DNA of 64,000 nt, from contig CAYXWM010000004.1 in the NCBI GenBank assembly GCA_964468805.1, forward strand, positions 969-64,968. Reading direction: 5' to 3'. Shown here piece by piece: positions 37,771-47,617 of this stretch (its first letter is position 1; each line of letters begins with the position of its first letter). A program made the position numbers and the translations under genes. Below the pieces are notes generated by a model. That model ran no database searches, had not been told where the DNA came from, and saw only the letters and a list, made by a program, of their open reading frames with translations. This DNA is from an uncultured Defluviitaleaceae bacterium. Its GTDB lineage: Bacteria; Bacillota; Clostridia; Lachnospirales; WRBF01.

Positions 37771-39321
37771 ATGGCAAAAAACACATCCGGAATGAAGCTG
37801 AAAATAATAATAGTTTCATTGGTTGTACTTATCGGTGCGGCTTGCGTAGTTGGTTTTATTTCTTTCAGCGAATTTCAGAAAATGAAGGATGCCGTTGAAA
37901 TAGACAGGATTTACAAAAACGTGTATCTTAACGATGTTCCGGTGGGCGGAATGAAGAAACAAGAAGCCATCGAAGCTGTAAGCGAATCAAACATTAGATT
38001 TTTAAAAGACAACAAAATAACCATCCGCGGAAACGACCATGAGGTTAGCTTTACCTACGCGGATTTGGAACCCAAATTCGACCTGTCGGAGGCTGTTGAA
38101 CAGGCTTATCACTATGCCCGTGAAGGCAACATTGCCGACAGATACGCAAAAATTACCGCTTTGGAAACAACACCCCACAAGATTAACGCTCCCATAAAAT
38201 TTACTTTTGACGATACAATAATTATAAACAAAATCGAAGAATTGGCTCCTCTGGTTAATATAGAGCCCATAAGTGCAAGCATTTCCACGAAAAACGGAAA
38301 AATAGAAATTACCGAAGGTCAAACCGGATTACAGCTTAACGTTCAAGGAACGCTTAACAAAGTTAAAGACCTTATAGACAAAAACGAATCCGGTACGGTA
38401 GAAGCGGATTTCATCGAATCCCAACCGAAATTTACCGCGGAACAACTTAAAGGCAAGCAACAACTTCTGGGTACTTTTAAAACCACCTTTGCCGTGGACG
38501 GTGCCGGCAGAAACGACAATATCTTTAACGCAGCAAGCAAAATCAACGGTTTTGTGCTTATGCCCGGTGAAGTTTTCTCTACAAACAAAGCCTTTGGTGC
38601 CATGACTTTTGATAACGGTTATCGTTTGGCTCCCGTTATTGAAAGCGGTAAGTTGGTTCAAGGAATGGGCGGCGGTGTTTGCCAGGTTTCCAGTACCCTA
38701 TACAACGCAGTACTTTTCGCCGAGCTTGAGGTTGTTGAACGCCAAAACCACAGCTTGAAAGTAGGTTATCTGGACTGGGGTTTGGATGCTACCCTTGCCG
38801 GGGACTATATAGACTTTAAATTCAAAAACAATACGGAATATCCCGTTGTTATAGAAGCAAAAATCTCCGGAAACACCCTTACGGCGAGTATTTACGGTGA
38901 CGAAATCCACAATCCTTCTCGCCGCTTGGTATTCCAAAAGGCACTGGCAGAAACCGTTCCTCCGGGACCGGAATCCATAGTCAAGGACCCGGCTCTTCCC
39001 GAAGGCACCAGAGTAGTGGAAACTCCTGCCCGTACCGGTTATAAATATAACCTCTATAAAATAGTCTACGAAAACGATAAAGAAGTGGAAAAAACTCTTG
39101 CAAACACCAGTTACTACAGAGCAACCGCCGCGGTGGTGCGAGTAGGTACGGGATTACCCGTTCCGGTTGAAGACCCAACCCAAATTCAACCCAATCCCGA
39201 CGTTCCTCAAGACCCACAACCCGGCAACAATCCCTCGGATGTAGTCCAAGATCCACCCACACAACCCGTACCTCCTCAAAACATAGAGCCGGCTCCCGAA
39301 GAACTTCCCATAGTGGAGTAA
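37771..39321 (+). CDS. VanW-family protein with a G5 domain and Pro-rich tail
   Basis: N-terminal TM. VanW core GGGVCQVSSTLYNAVLFAELEVVERQNHS..YLDWGLDATL. G5-like RVVETPARTGYKYNLYKIVYENDKEV. Confidence 0.85.
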   Translation: MAKNTSGMKLKIIIVSLVVLIGAACVVGFISFSEFQKMKDAVEIDRIYKNVYLNDVPVGGMKKQEAIEAVSESNIRFLKDNKITIRGNDHEVSFTYADLEPKFDLSEAVEQAYHYAREGNIADRYAKITALETTPHKINAPIKFTFDDTIIINKIEELAPLVNIEPISASISTKNGKIEITEGQTGLQLNVQGTLNKVKDLIDKNESGTVEADFIESQPKFTAEQLKGKQQLLGTFKTTFAVDGAGRNDNIFNAASKINGFVLMPGEVFSTNKAFGAMTFDNGYRLAPVIESGKLVQGMGGGVCQVSSTLYNAVLFAELEVVERQNHSLKVGYLDWGLDATLAGDYIDFKFKNNTEYPVVIEAKISGNTLTASIYGDEIHNPSRRLVFQKALAETVPPGPESIVKDPALPEGTRVVETPARTGYKYNLYKIVYENDKEVEKTLANTSYYRATAAVVRVGTGLPVPVEDPTQIQPNPDVPQDPQPGNNPSDVVQDPPTQPVPPQNIEPAPEELPIVE

Positions 39322-39470
39322 GCTTTTGTATTGAAATAAGAAATATTTGTGATATTATATATAGCTGTAAACCTTAACCTTGAGGATTGTATTCTCAAGG
39401 TTAAATGCTTTTTCGATAAATTTAATGTCAAGTGACTTAATTATTAATAAAGTTTTGATTTTAAATATTA

Positions 39471-39533
39471 AAGTCTTTTTGAAGGGAGTTTGAGGGAGAC
39501 TTTTTCTTCAGAAAAAGTTTCCCTCAAGGTCTT
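39471..39533 (+). repeat. Rep-B copy 1 (conserved GAGGGAAAC hairpin element)
   Basis: AAGTCTTTTTGAAGGGAGTTTGAGGGAGACTTTTTCTTCAGAAAAAGTTTCCCTCAAGGTCTT. 62/63 identical to 45297..45359. Ends 33 nt before the ATG at 39567. Confidence 0.9.
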
Positions 39534-39566
39534 ATCTTTTTACTTATACCTGAAAGGAATTAACTG

Positions 39567-40568
39567 ATGCTAAAGGGAAAATTGGATACGGGTAAAGTGG
39601 CGGGTAAAATACTGGAGGAAATAGTATTTAACAAAGCCACGCCCTCAAATAAAGAAATTCTGGAAGCCTCCGGCATAGGCGAGGATTGTGCCGTCATATC
39701 AACGGAAAATGAATATTGCCTGCTGTCCACCGACCCCATTACCGGTGCTACCAAGGACATAGGCTATCTTGCCGTTCATGTAAACGCCAACGACATTGCC
39801 GCCTGCGGAGGCGAGCCTTTGGGTATATTGGTTACTGTGCTGATGCCGGAAGGTACGGAAGCTTTAGAGTTACAGGATATAATGGACGGAGTTTACAATG
39901 CCTGTGAGGAATTGGGACTAAGCGTTATCGGCGGTCACAGCGAGGTGACGGATGCGGTAAACCGGGTGGTGGTTTGTGCCACAGTTGTAGGCAAAACCCA
40001 AAATAAAAAATTCCTACGCACAAAAGACGCAAAACCCGGTCAGGACCTAATAATGACCAAATTCGCCGGATTGGAAGGCACGACTATTTTGGCAAAAGAA
40101 TTTGAAGCCCCACTAACCGAAAAATTCGGCAGTGATTTTGTGCAGTCAGCCGACCGCCTTGCTTCCATGCTTTCGGTTTTGAAAGAATCCCGTATAGCTG
40201 TTAAACACGGTGCTACCGCCATGCATGACATAACCGAAGGCGGAGTAATGGGTGCCGCCTATGAAATGGCTGTGGCTTCGGGAGTGGGTGCGGAGCTGTA
40301 TCTTGACCTTGTACCCCTGTTACCCGAAACAAAACAAATCTGCGATTACTTTAATATTAATCCCTATAAACTGATTTCCTCGGGTTCCATGCTGATTGCT
40401 TCAAATAATGGCGGTGAATTGGTAGAAAAACTTAAGGACCAAGGTATAAATGCCGCCGTAATAGGAAAATTTACAGAGAATAACCTAACGTACATCCAAG
40501 ACGAAAAGATATATTCCCTTACTTCACCGGAAACGGACGAACTGTACAAAGCCCTAAATCAAGCATAG
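39567..40568 (+). CDS. AIR-synthase-related (PurM/HypE/ThiL superfamily) protein
   Basis: GEDCAVI..LLSTDPITG..HVNANDIAACGGEPLGILVTVLMP..VIGGHSEV pattern of the PurM-like fold. Confidence 0.75.
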   Translation: MLKGKLDTGKVAGKILEEIVFNKATPSNKEILEASGIGEDCAVISTENEYCLLSTDPITGATKDIGYLAVHVNANDIAACGGEPLGILVTVLMPEGTEALELQDIMDGVYNACEELGLSVIGGHSEVTDAVNRVVVCATVVGKTQNKKFLRTKDAKPGQDLIMTKFAGLEGTTILAKEFEAPLTEKFGSDFVQSADRLASMLSVLKESRIAVKHGATAMHDITEGGVMGAAYEMAVASGVGAELYLDLVPLLPETKQICDYFNINPYKLISSGSMLIASNNGGELVEKLKDQGINAAVIGKFTENNLTYIQDEKIYSLTSPETDELYKALNQA

Positions 40569-40666
40569 GTTTAAAGATTTCATCTTGAAAGACGTTTAAG
40601 AAAAGCTTCGCTTCGTAAAGAGCTTTCCCATGGATTTCTTTCATACCACTTCCAAAGGAGAAAATT

Positions 40667-41572
40667 ATGCAACCCTATAACTCAGGCTTCGTATCGCTTA
40701 TAGGCAAACCCAACGTGGGTAAATCTACCCTGCTGAACAGACTTATAGGCGAAAAAATTGCCATAGTAACAAGCAAGCCCCAAACCACACGCAACAATAT
40801 CCAAGGTATTATAACCACCGAACGCTACCAAATAATCTTCGTAGATACTCCGGGTATACACGTACCAAAAACCGTCTTGGGCGAGCAAATGGTTCGCTCC
40901 GCCATGAGTGCCATGGGAGAAGTGGACGTTATACTTTATTTGGTAGAGCCTAAGGAATATATTTCAGCAGAGGATAAGAGAATTATTGAAAAACTGAAAT
41001 CCGTTCGAGAGCCGGTAATTCTTGTTATAAACAAGGCAGACAAAATCGAGTACTTAAAACTGCTTCCCATAATAGAGCTTTATTCAAAGGCATTTGACTT
41101 TAAAGAAATAATACCGATTTCGGCTTTGAAATCCAAAAACCTGGAGGATTTAAAGGACACCGTGGCAAAATACCTGCCGGAAGGACCCCAATTCTTCCCG
41201 GACGACATGATTACAGACCAACCGGAACGACAAATTGTAGCCGAAATGATACGTGAAAAAGCATTGAAACTTCTCCAAGACGAACTGCCCCACGGCATAG
41301 CCATAGAAATAGTATCCCATAAACTACGTCCGGACGGAAAAACCATAGACATTACAGCGGATATATATTGCGAAAAGCGTAGCCACAAGGGCATGATAAT
41401 AGGCAAAAACGGCGAGATGCTTCAAGAAATAGGCAGACTGGCTCGTTCGGATATAGAGCGTTTCTTGGATACAAAGGTTTATTTGCAACTTTGGGTAAAG
41501 GTAAAAGAGGATTGGCGAAGAAAGGCAACGGAGATAAGAAGATTGGGTTTGGATACGATTTCGGAACTGTAA
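40667..41572 (+). CDS. era: GTPase Era
   Basis: GFVSLIGKPNVGKSTLLN (G1), DTPGI (G3), NKAD (G4), and a C-terminal KH domain ..YCEKRSHKGMIIGKNG. Confidence 0.93.
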   Translation: MQPYNSGFVSLIGKPNVGKSTLLNRLIGEKIAIVTSKPQTTRNNIQGIITTERYQIIFVDTPGIHVPKTVLGEQMVRSAMSAMGEVDVILYLVEPKEYISAEDKRIIEKLKSVREPVILVINKADKIEYLKLLPIIELYSKAFDFKEIIPISALKSKNLEDLKDTVAKYLPEGPQFFPDDMITDQPERQIVAEMIREKALKLLQDELPHGIAIEIVSHKLRPDGKTIDITADIYCEKRSHKGMIIGKNGEMLQEIGRLARSDIERFLDTKVYLQLWVKVKEDWRRKATEIRRLGLDTISEL

Positions 41573-41575
41573 TGT

Positions 41576-41712
41576 TATAATGAATTGCATAAGGAATAGT
41601 AACATAGCTATTCTTCGTAAACGGTTCACTCTTGCGTATTTATGAACAAAACACCGGTCGCTCTCCGCTACGAGTATAATCTTTTTGACTACTGCACAGG
41701 CAATTAAGTATA
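41576..41712 (+). repeat. Rep-C long copy 2
   Basis: Starts 4 nt after the era stop. Degenerate left terminus TATAATGAATTG and intact right terminus CAATTAAGTATA. Interior CATAAGGAATAGTAACATAGCTATTCTTCGTAAACGGTTCACTCTTGCG.. is homologous to 22911..23021 (reverse complement). Confidence 0.85.
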
Positions 41713-41821
41713 TTTAAAAAACCGACTTGAGTTTTACAAGGGTTTTTTGCATAATTTTTGTTGACGTATTTGCTCCTTTATGTTATTTTTTCTAATAAAA
41801 ATAGCATAAAGGGGTTATCAT

Positions 41822-42187
41822 ATGGAAAACAGAACTATGTTAAAGGGTATAATCGGTGTTACTGTAGTAATAGCTCTTGTAATTTTTATAATATCCCTAA
41901 AACCCGCTGATGATTCAGGCGATGATTGGTATCAATATGCAAAAAAAGTTGTTTCAATCTGTGACGATTTCCTTGATTTTAAAATCGACGGAAACGAAGC
42001 CGGAAATAGGATTGAGATGATAGTAAATGCCTTGCCGGAACCAAAAAAACATTTTGAGAAAATTATTCAAATAAAAATTGATTCTACGCAAATACCGTTT
42101 TACGGTTATAAAGTTGATTTTGCAAAGGTTTTAAAATATAGAAATGACTTAGCGGAAACAATAAATATGGGTAAAAAAGTAGTTTAG
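41822..42187 (+). CDS. Hypothetical membrane-anchored protein
   Basis: 121-aa ORF with one N-terminal TM, followed by a good terminator. Confidence 0.5.
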   Translation: MENRTMLKGIIGVTVVIALVIFIISLKPADDSGDDWYQYAKKVVSICDDFLDFKIDGNEAGNRIEMIVNALPEPKKHFEKIIQIKIDSTQIPFYGYKVDFAKVLKYRNDLAETINMGKKVV

Positions 42188-42224
42188 AGCTTCATTTTAC
42201 ATAACGTATTATTTTGATTGTTAT

Positions 42225-42264
42225 GCAGAGAGGGACTAATATTACGTCCCTCTGCCAATTTTTT
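42225..42264 (+). terminator. Rho-independent terminator
   Basis: GCAGAGAGGGAC..GTCCCTCTGC stem followed by CAATTTTTT. Confidence 0.8.
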
Positions 42265-42328
42265 ATATGTATAAAATATTTCTTCCCGACAAAAATATTA
42301 TTAAAATCACGAAAAAAGGGGGGATATT

Positions 42329-42436
42329 ATGTCGTATGAAAAATTCTTCTGGAGTATGTTCGAAAAATCAGGCTCTGTTGATGCTTATCTGGGATATAAT
42401 GAAATTAAAAAGCAAAAAGGTGACGATCCGGTTTGA
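42329..42436 (+). CDS. yqzL: YqzL-like small protein
   Basis: MSYEKFFWSMFEKSGSVDAYLGYNEIKKQKGDDPV. The FxW..F..(T/S)GS(V/I)..YL.Y(K/N)E pattern and the position directly upstream of, and overlapping, recO match Bacillus yqzL. RBS GGGGGG. Confidence 0.65.
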   Translation: MSYEKFFWSMFEKSGSVDAYLGYNEIKKQKGDDPV

Positions 42437-43146
42437 GCCAAATACAAACGAGGGGCATAGTAATAAACGAACAGGCATTTAAGGAGCATGACAAACGCCT
42501 GACCTTACTGTTAAAAGATATGGGCAAGGTTACGGTCTATGCCAAAGGTGCAAAAAAATCCTCAAGCAAGCTTCTTGCAGGTACTCAACTGTTCTGTTGG
42601 TCTGATTTTAATTTATATGACGGCGGAAGATTTTTGTCTTTAAATTCGGTTGATTTAATTGAAAGTTTCTATAACCTGCATAGGGACTACGATACCCTTA
42701 TCTACGCAAGCTATCTTTTGGAACTTTGCAACAAAATTATTTTGCCCGGAAGCCCCTGCGATGATATTATAAAATTATTGTTAAAATCATTAAAAACCCT
42801 TGCAAGTACCCAAATTCCACGGGTTAATATTGCAAGGGTCTTTGAGTTTTTATTTTTAAAGCTGAACGGCTTTACTCCGGAGCTTGATGCTTGCAGTCAA
42901 TGCGGTTCAGAGGAAAATTTGATTTTTTTCGGAAAGGAAGGTTTGCTCTGCGGTAAATGCGGCACTCATACAAAATCGGTTAGAATAAGCGGTTCTGCTC
43001 TTTGTGCCATTAATCATATCTTCACCGCTACAGACAAACTATTTGCCTTTCGCTTGTCAAAAACCTGCGAAATGGAATTGGAGGCTTGTGCAAAGCTTTT
43101 TCTTCACTCTAATATCGAAGTGGAGATAAACAGCTTTTTTACATAA
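42433..43146 (+). CDS. recO: DNA repair protein RecO
   Basis: TRGIVINEQAFKEHDKRLTLLLKDMGKVTVYAKGAKK OB-fold N-terminus. Zinc motif CSQCGS..CGKCG. TTG start overlaps the yqzL stop. Confidence 0.88.
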   Translation: MSQIQTRGIVINEQAFKEHDKRLTLLLKDMGKVTVYAKGAKKSSSKLLAGTQLFCWSDFNLYDGGRFLSLNSVDLIESFYNLHRDYDTLIYASYLLELCNKIILPGSPCDDIIKLLLKSLKTLASTQIPRVNIARVFEFLFLKLNGFTPELDACSQCGSEENLIFFGKEGLLCGKCGTHTKSVRISGSALCAINHIFTATDKLFAFRLSKTCEMELEACAKLFLHSNIEVEINSFFT

Positions 43147-43153
43147 TATTGTA

Positions 43154-43711
43154 TCAGCTTGATGTATGCTCCAATACTATCATTATTCCTATAAGAACCA
43201 AAATTACGCCGCCTATGCGTTCCGGGTAACTTTTAAAAGAGTTACCCAATTTTTTGCCTGCCAATGTGCCCAAGGTACAAACGGTAAAGGTGACTAAGCC
43301 TATGATTACGGTGCTTGTAAAGATATTTACGTCCGTAACGGCAAAGGTTACCCCAACCGCAAGTGCATCGATACTTGTAGCTACGGAAAGCAGGATTATA
43401 TTTCTAAAATTTAGGTCGTTGAAAGTCTTTTTATCATCCGGCTGAAAGGATTCGAAAAACATTTTTCCGCCTATCAACGCCAGTAAGCCCAAGGCTATCC
43501 AGTGGTCAAAGGCTATAAAATAACTGCTGAATGACCTTGCACCGAAATACCCGATAAGGGGCATGAAAAACTGAAAAAATCCAAAGAAAAAACCTATTTT
43601 TAACGCATGTAACAGCGATACCTTTTTTAAAATCATTCCGTTGGCTACGGAAACGGCTAATGCATCCATGGAGAGCCCTACAGCTATAAGAAAAACCGAA
43701 GCAAGTCTCAT
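43154..43711 (-). CDS. mntP: Manganese efflux pump MntP (DUF204)
   Basis: LIAVGLSMDALAVSVANG and the second half-repeat SVATSIDALAVGVTFA. Six TM segments. Confidence 0.85.
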   Translation of the reverse strand: MRLASVFLIAVGLSMDALAVSVANGMILKKVSLLHALKIGFFFGFFQFFMPLIGYFGARSFSSYFIAFDHWIALGLLALIGGKMFFESFQPDDKKTFNDLNFRNIILLSVATSIDALAVGVTFAVTDVNIFTSTVIIGLVTFTVCTLGTLAGKKLGNSFKSYPERIGGVILVLIGIMIVLEHTSS

Positions 43712-43868
43712 AAATTCTCCTTAATATAGAAATTTTGACCGTATAGCCGGGGCGTGTCCGGGCTTTGGCGGATTCCTTTTTAATATGGCAAAAAGGGTTT
43801 TTATGCCAAGTCCCTTTTCCCTAACAATATAAATTAATAACTGTTCGACTACATCGAACTCACGTTAA

Positions 43869-43896
43869 ATTATAACATATATAGCGTTGCTTGTAA
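43869..43896 (-). promoter_or_regulatory. mntP promoter (extended -10)
   Basis: Read in gene orientation: TTACAA, 16 nt, TGT-TATAAT. This gives a ~150-nt 5' leader (43712-43861). Confidence 0.55.
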
Positions 43897-43994
43897 AAAA
43901 TTCTATTCAATCTGTCATTTACACATCCCAACGGTCGACAAATAAATATTGAAAAAAGTGTAAATATCATCTACAATGGTATACGGTGATATTT

Positions 43995-44459
43995 ATGAAT
44001 GATAAGTCATCATTAATTATAGAGGAAATTAACACCGGTATTAGTATATTATATGATAGTCTGGTGCAAAAAAAACTACTTCTTGAGCAAATACTCAATA
44101 TATCCGAAAATCAAGAACAGGTTTTAAAAAATATTGACGAGGCTCCCGAATTTAAGGAACTCTTTCACGAAATGAATCGTCAAAAGCAACTGTTGATAGA
44201 TGAAGTCCTTAACTCGGACAATTTTTTTCAAAATACCTATGAAAAATATTCCGAGGCTTTAAATACTCATGCCGAAATTTTTTCCAAAGGAATAAAATTA
44301 CTGCAAGAACTTATACAATCGGTAATGGACCTGGACATAAAAATCCGCTTTAGGGAACAGAATAACAAACAACTGATACCCAAATCCACCAAGCCCATAT
44401 CTATTGTCAATAAAAATCATTTGCTTAAAGAATACCAAAAACATAAAAGAAAAAGCTGA
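43995..44459 (+). CDS. Hypothetical coiled-coil protein (FlgN-like composition)
   Basis: 154-aa helical, Gln/Leu/Glu-rich ORF. The ATG at 43995 is preferred to the GTG at 43986. Confidence 0.45.
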   Translation: MNDKSSLIIEEINTGISILYDSLVQKKLLLEQILNISENQEQVLKNIDEAPEFKELFHEMNRQKQLLIDEVLNSDNFFQNTYEKYSEALNTHAEIFSKGIKLLQELIQSVMDLDIKIRFREQNNKQLIPKSTKPISIVNKNHLLKEYQKHKRKS

Positions 44460-44481
44460 ACATAGCGGTTTAACTTTTTTA

Positions 44482-44588
44482 GTATACTAATTCCATATAA
44501 GATGAAGGACAAAAATAATCGTTTTTTCCTTGAACCGTTGGAAAAAATCAATTATTTTTGCCCTCTGTTTAAAATGGAATCAGTATAC
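44482..44588 (+). repeat. Rep-A copy E (full-length, including outer GTATAC termini)
   Basis: GTATACTAATTCCAT..ATGGAATCAGTATAC. Nested between the perfect 12-bp inverted repeat ATAGCGGTTTAA (44462-44473) and TTAAACCGCTAT (44597-44608). Confidence 0.92.
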
Positions 44589-44640
44589 ATTTTAACTTAA
44601 ACCGCTATAACAAAAATTCGGCACAAAAGACAAAACCCTC

Positions 44641-45276
44641 GTGACACCGTGGATTACAAAACTTGGCGGTGAAATCGTGTTAACAAAAGAGAAATTAATT
44701 TTTGTATTGATAGGCTTGATTTTGACAATCGGTGTAATTTATTTTGCGGTTAAATCCGGAGAATCCAAACAAGCCGCCCTAACGCTGCTCAGTGACTCGG
44801 AACCTTCTGCTCCTCCGGTCAGTACCCAAGCCCCGGCTACCCCGGAACCCACCTCGCCACCACAAGAATTACATGTTTATATTACCGGGGCAGTGGTTAA
44901 ACCGGATGTGTACAAGGTACCCAACGGCAGCCGCATAGAGGATGTACTTGAACTGGCAGGCGGCGAAACGGAAGAAGCTGACCTAACCCTGATAAACTTG
45001 GCGAAAACGGTATCAGACGAAGAAAAAATCGTAGTTCCCAAGAAGGGTGATGACATGGAAATAAATATTCCCAACCAAAACCAAGGTCCTGTAAATATCA
45101 ATACCGCTACCCGTTCCCAACTGACCAAGTTGCCCAGAATAGGTAAGGTAACCGCCGAAAAGATCATAGAATACCGAGAAACTAACGGTGCTTTTCAATC
45201 GGTGGAAGAAATAATAAAAGTACCCGGCATAGGTCAAAAAACCTATGACGCTATTAAAGATAACATAACCGTTTAG
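44641..45276 (+). CDS. comEA: Competence protein ComEA (SLBB + helix-hairpin-helix DNA receptor)
   Basis: LHVYITGAVVKPDVYKVPNGSRIEDVLELAGG (SLBB). INTATRSQLTKLPRIGKVTAEKIIEYRETNGAFQSVEEIIKVPGIGQKTY (HhH). The start is uncertain (GTG 44641 or GTG 44675). Confidence 0.85.
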   Translation: MTPWITKLGGEIVLTKEKLIFVLIGLILTIGVIYFAVKSGESKQAALTLLSDSEPSAPPVSTQAPATPEPTSPPQELHVYITGAVVKPDVYKVPNGSRIEDVLELAGGETEEADLTLINLAKTVSDEEKIVVPKKGDDMEINIPNQNQGPVNINTATRSQLTKLPRIGKVTAEKIIEYRETNGAFQSVEEIIKVPGIGQKTYDAIKDNITV

Positions 45277-45296
45277 TTCTTTAAGTCTTTTTATTA

Positions 45297-45359
45297 AAGT
45301 CTTTTTGAAGGGAGTTTGAGGGAAACTTTTTCTTCAGAAAAAGTTTCCCTCAAGGTCTT
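45297..45359 (+). repeat. Rep-B copy 2
   Basis: Perfect hairpin TTGAGGGAAACTTTTTC-TTCA-GAAAAAGTTTCCCTCAA. Ends 30 nt before the start at 45389. Confidence 0.9.
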
Positions 45360-45388
45360 TTATTCTATATACAGGAGTGTGAAAAACG

Positions 45389-46078
45389 GTGGCGTATAAA
45401 ATATTGGTAGTGGACGACGAAAAGTCCATAGTTAAAGGCATAAAATTCAGCCTGGAACAGGACGACATGGTTATAGACACAGCCTATGACGGCGAAGAAG
45501 CCCTTAAACTGGCTAAAACCGAACGCTATGACCTTATAGTCCTGGACGTTATGCTGCCCAAAATAGACGGCTTACAGGTCTGTCAACAGGTAAGGGAATT
45601 TAGCAAGGTAGCCATAATCATGGTTACAGCCAAGGGCGATGACATGGATAAAATCATGGGTCTGGAATACGGTGCTGACGATTATATTACCAAACCCTTC
45701 AATATACTTGAACTGAAAGCTCGCATAAAAGCCATCCTAAGACGCTCCATCCGTAAAGTAGACCTGACAGAACCGCCGAAAAACACCCTTAAAGTCCGTG
45801 ACTTGGAAATAGAGTTCGATTCCAGACGGGTATTTATTAAGGGTCAAGAGGTCAGCCTTACGGCTAAAGAGTTTGACTTGGTGGAACTGCTCATGGAAAA
45901 CCCGGTCAAGGTCTACAGCCGTGAAGCCTTGCTGAACACCGTTTGGGGTTACGATTATCCCGGGGATATTCGTACTGTTGACGTGCATGTTCGTCGCATT
46001 AGAGAAAAAATAGAGGAAAACCCCAGCGACCCCAAATATATACATACCAAGTGGGGAGTTGGTTACTATTTTAAATAA
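45389..46078 (+). CDS. OmpR/PhoB-family response regulator
   Basis: KILVVDDEKSI..DLIVLDVMLPKIDG..ITKPF receiver domain, plus a winged helix ..KWGVGYYFK. Confidence 0.88.
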   Translation: MAYKILVVDDEKSIVKGIKFSLEQDDMVIDTAYDGEEALKLAKTERYDLIVLDVMLPKIDGLQVCQQVREFSKVAIIMVTAKGDDMDKIMGLEYGADDYITKPFNILELKARIKAILRRSIRKVDLTEPPKNTLKVRDLEIEFDSRRVFIKGQEVSLTAKEFDLVELLMENPVKVYSREALLNTVWGYDYPGDIRTVDVHVRRIREKIEENPSDPKYIHTKWGVGYYFK

Positions 46079-47492
46079 GAAACGCTGGTATTACAGCTTG
46101 CGTTTTAAGCTTTTCATAAGCTTTATTTTTATAAGCTTCGTACCGCTCATGTTCTTTTTTAATACCATGTTGGGTTCCATGGAAAATTACTATAAAATGG
46201 ACCGGGAATATAAACTCCTTACCCAAGCAAACGTGGTAGCCGGTCATATTGCAAAACAGGGCTACCTCCAAGACCCGGAGAAAAAATCCCTCTTTGATAC
46301 GGAATTGGAAACAAAGAGCAAAGAAGGCTCCTTTCGGATTCTGGTTTTGGACAATCGGGGCGTTGTTGTTAACGACACCAATAAAACGGAAGTGGGCAAA
46401 ACCTACCTTATACCGGAGGTTGTGGAGGCTCTGCAAAAAAACAGCAAAATGACCACAAACTCCAAAGAAGCCGTTTCCTACGCTTCCGCTTCCATAGTTA
46501 ACGATGCTTCGGAAAAACTGGGAGTAGTGCTGATTGTAGCCTCGGTAAAGGATATTTACTTGGCTCTTTCCGAAATAGAAAAGACCTCGGCTCTTTTTAC
46601 GGGCTTAACTGTAGTTATATTGTTGGTATTGGTGTTTTTTGTTTCCCAACTTTTGCTGGATCCGCTTAACAACGTACTTAAAGTTGTGCAGAAAATGTCC
46701 CAAGGTCACCTTAATCAGCGTATAGTTGTGAAAGGACAGGACGAGTTTGCGGACTTGGCATTTACCTTTAACAATATGTGCCAAAAGTTGGAACAGGTAG
46801 AGAAAACCCGTGAGGAATTTGTTTCCAACGTTTCCCATGAATTAAAAACTCCGCTCAGTTCCATAAAAGTACTTACGGAATCCATACTTCTGGAAGAATC
46901 CGCTCCCAAAGAAATGTACCGGGAATTTCTCCAAGATATAAACGGCGAAATAGACCGTATGACCAACATCGTTGTGGATTTATTAAACTTGGTAAAACTT
47001 GACCAACGAGACGTAGGTTTAAATATCAAAAAAGTCGACCTAAACCTAATGTTGGAGGATATACTCAAACGTCTTTATCCTCTTGCGGAACAAAAAAATA
47101 TAGAGTTGCTTTTTGAAGATGCCAAAAGTGTCAGCCTTGAAGCCGACGATATGAAACTAAGCCTTGCCTTAACAAACCTTGTGGAAAACGGTATTAAATA
47201 TACACCGCCCGGAGGTATGGTAAAGGTCATTGCAGATTGCGACAATCAAAACGCCTATATTACCGTTCAGGATACAGGCATAGGTATTTCCCAAGAAGAA
47301 CACGAAAAAGTCTTTAACCGTTTTTACCGTGTAGACAAAACCCGTGACAGAGAAACAGGCGGTACCGGCTTGGGGCTTTCCATAACCCACTCCACCGTCT
47401 TGCTCCATAACGGCAGTATACACCTTACAAGCAAAGAAAACGAAGGCACAACCTTCGTTGTTCGTATACCCCTAACCCATACCACCCCTTAA
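46059..47492 (+). CDS. Sensor histidine kinase (HAMP-HisKA-HATPase)
   Basis: H-box EFVSNVSHELKTPLS. N box NLVENGIKYT. G boxes QDTGIGI and GTGLGLSI. Overlaps the response-regulator stop, so the start is uncertain. Confidence 0.85.
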   Translation: MVTILNKKRWYYSLRFKLFISFIFISFVPLMFFFNTMLGSMENYYKMDREYKLLTQANVVAGHIAKQGYLQDPEKKSLFDTELETKSKEGSFRILVLDNRGVVVNDTNKTEVGKTYLIPEVVEALQKNSKMTTNSKEAVSYASASIVNDASEKLGVVLIVASVKDIYLALSEIEKTSALFTGLTVVILLVLVFFVSQLLLDPLNNVLKVVQKMSQGHLNQRIVVKGQDEFADLAFTFNNMCQKLEQVEKTREEFVSNVSHELKTPLSSIKVLTESILLEESAPKEMYREFLQDINGEIDRMTNIVVDLLNLVKLDQRDVGLNIKKVDLNLMLEDILKRLYPLAEQKNIELLFEDAKSVSLEADDMKLSLALTNLVENGIKYTPPGGMVKVIADCDNQNAYITVQDTGIGISQEEHEKVFNRFYRVDKTRDRETGGTGLGLSITHSTVLLHNGSIHLTSKENEGTTFVVRIPLTHTTP

Positions 47493-47542
47493 ATAGCCAC
47501 CTAAAATCAGGTGTTCAAGTGCTTTTTAATTAACTTAATTAT

Positions 47543-47617
47543 CGGCTTTTTTGGAAAGAGGGGTTTGGGGAGAAAACTTTTTTTGCCGTTGGAAAAAAGG
47601 TTTTCTCCCCAAGTCTT
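47543..47617 (+). repeat. Rep-B copy 3 (variant with compensatory stem changes)
   Basis: TTGGGGAGAAAACTTTTTTT-GCCGTT-GGAAAAAAGGTTTTCTCCCCAAGTCTT. Confidence 0.75.
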
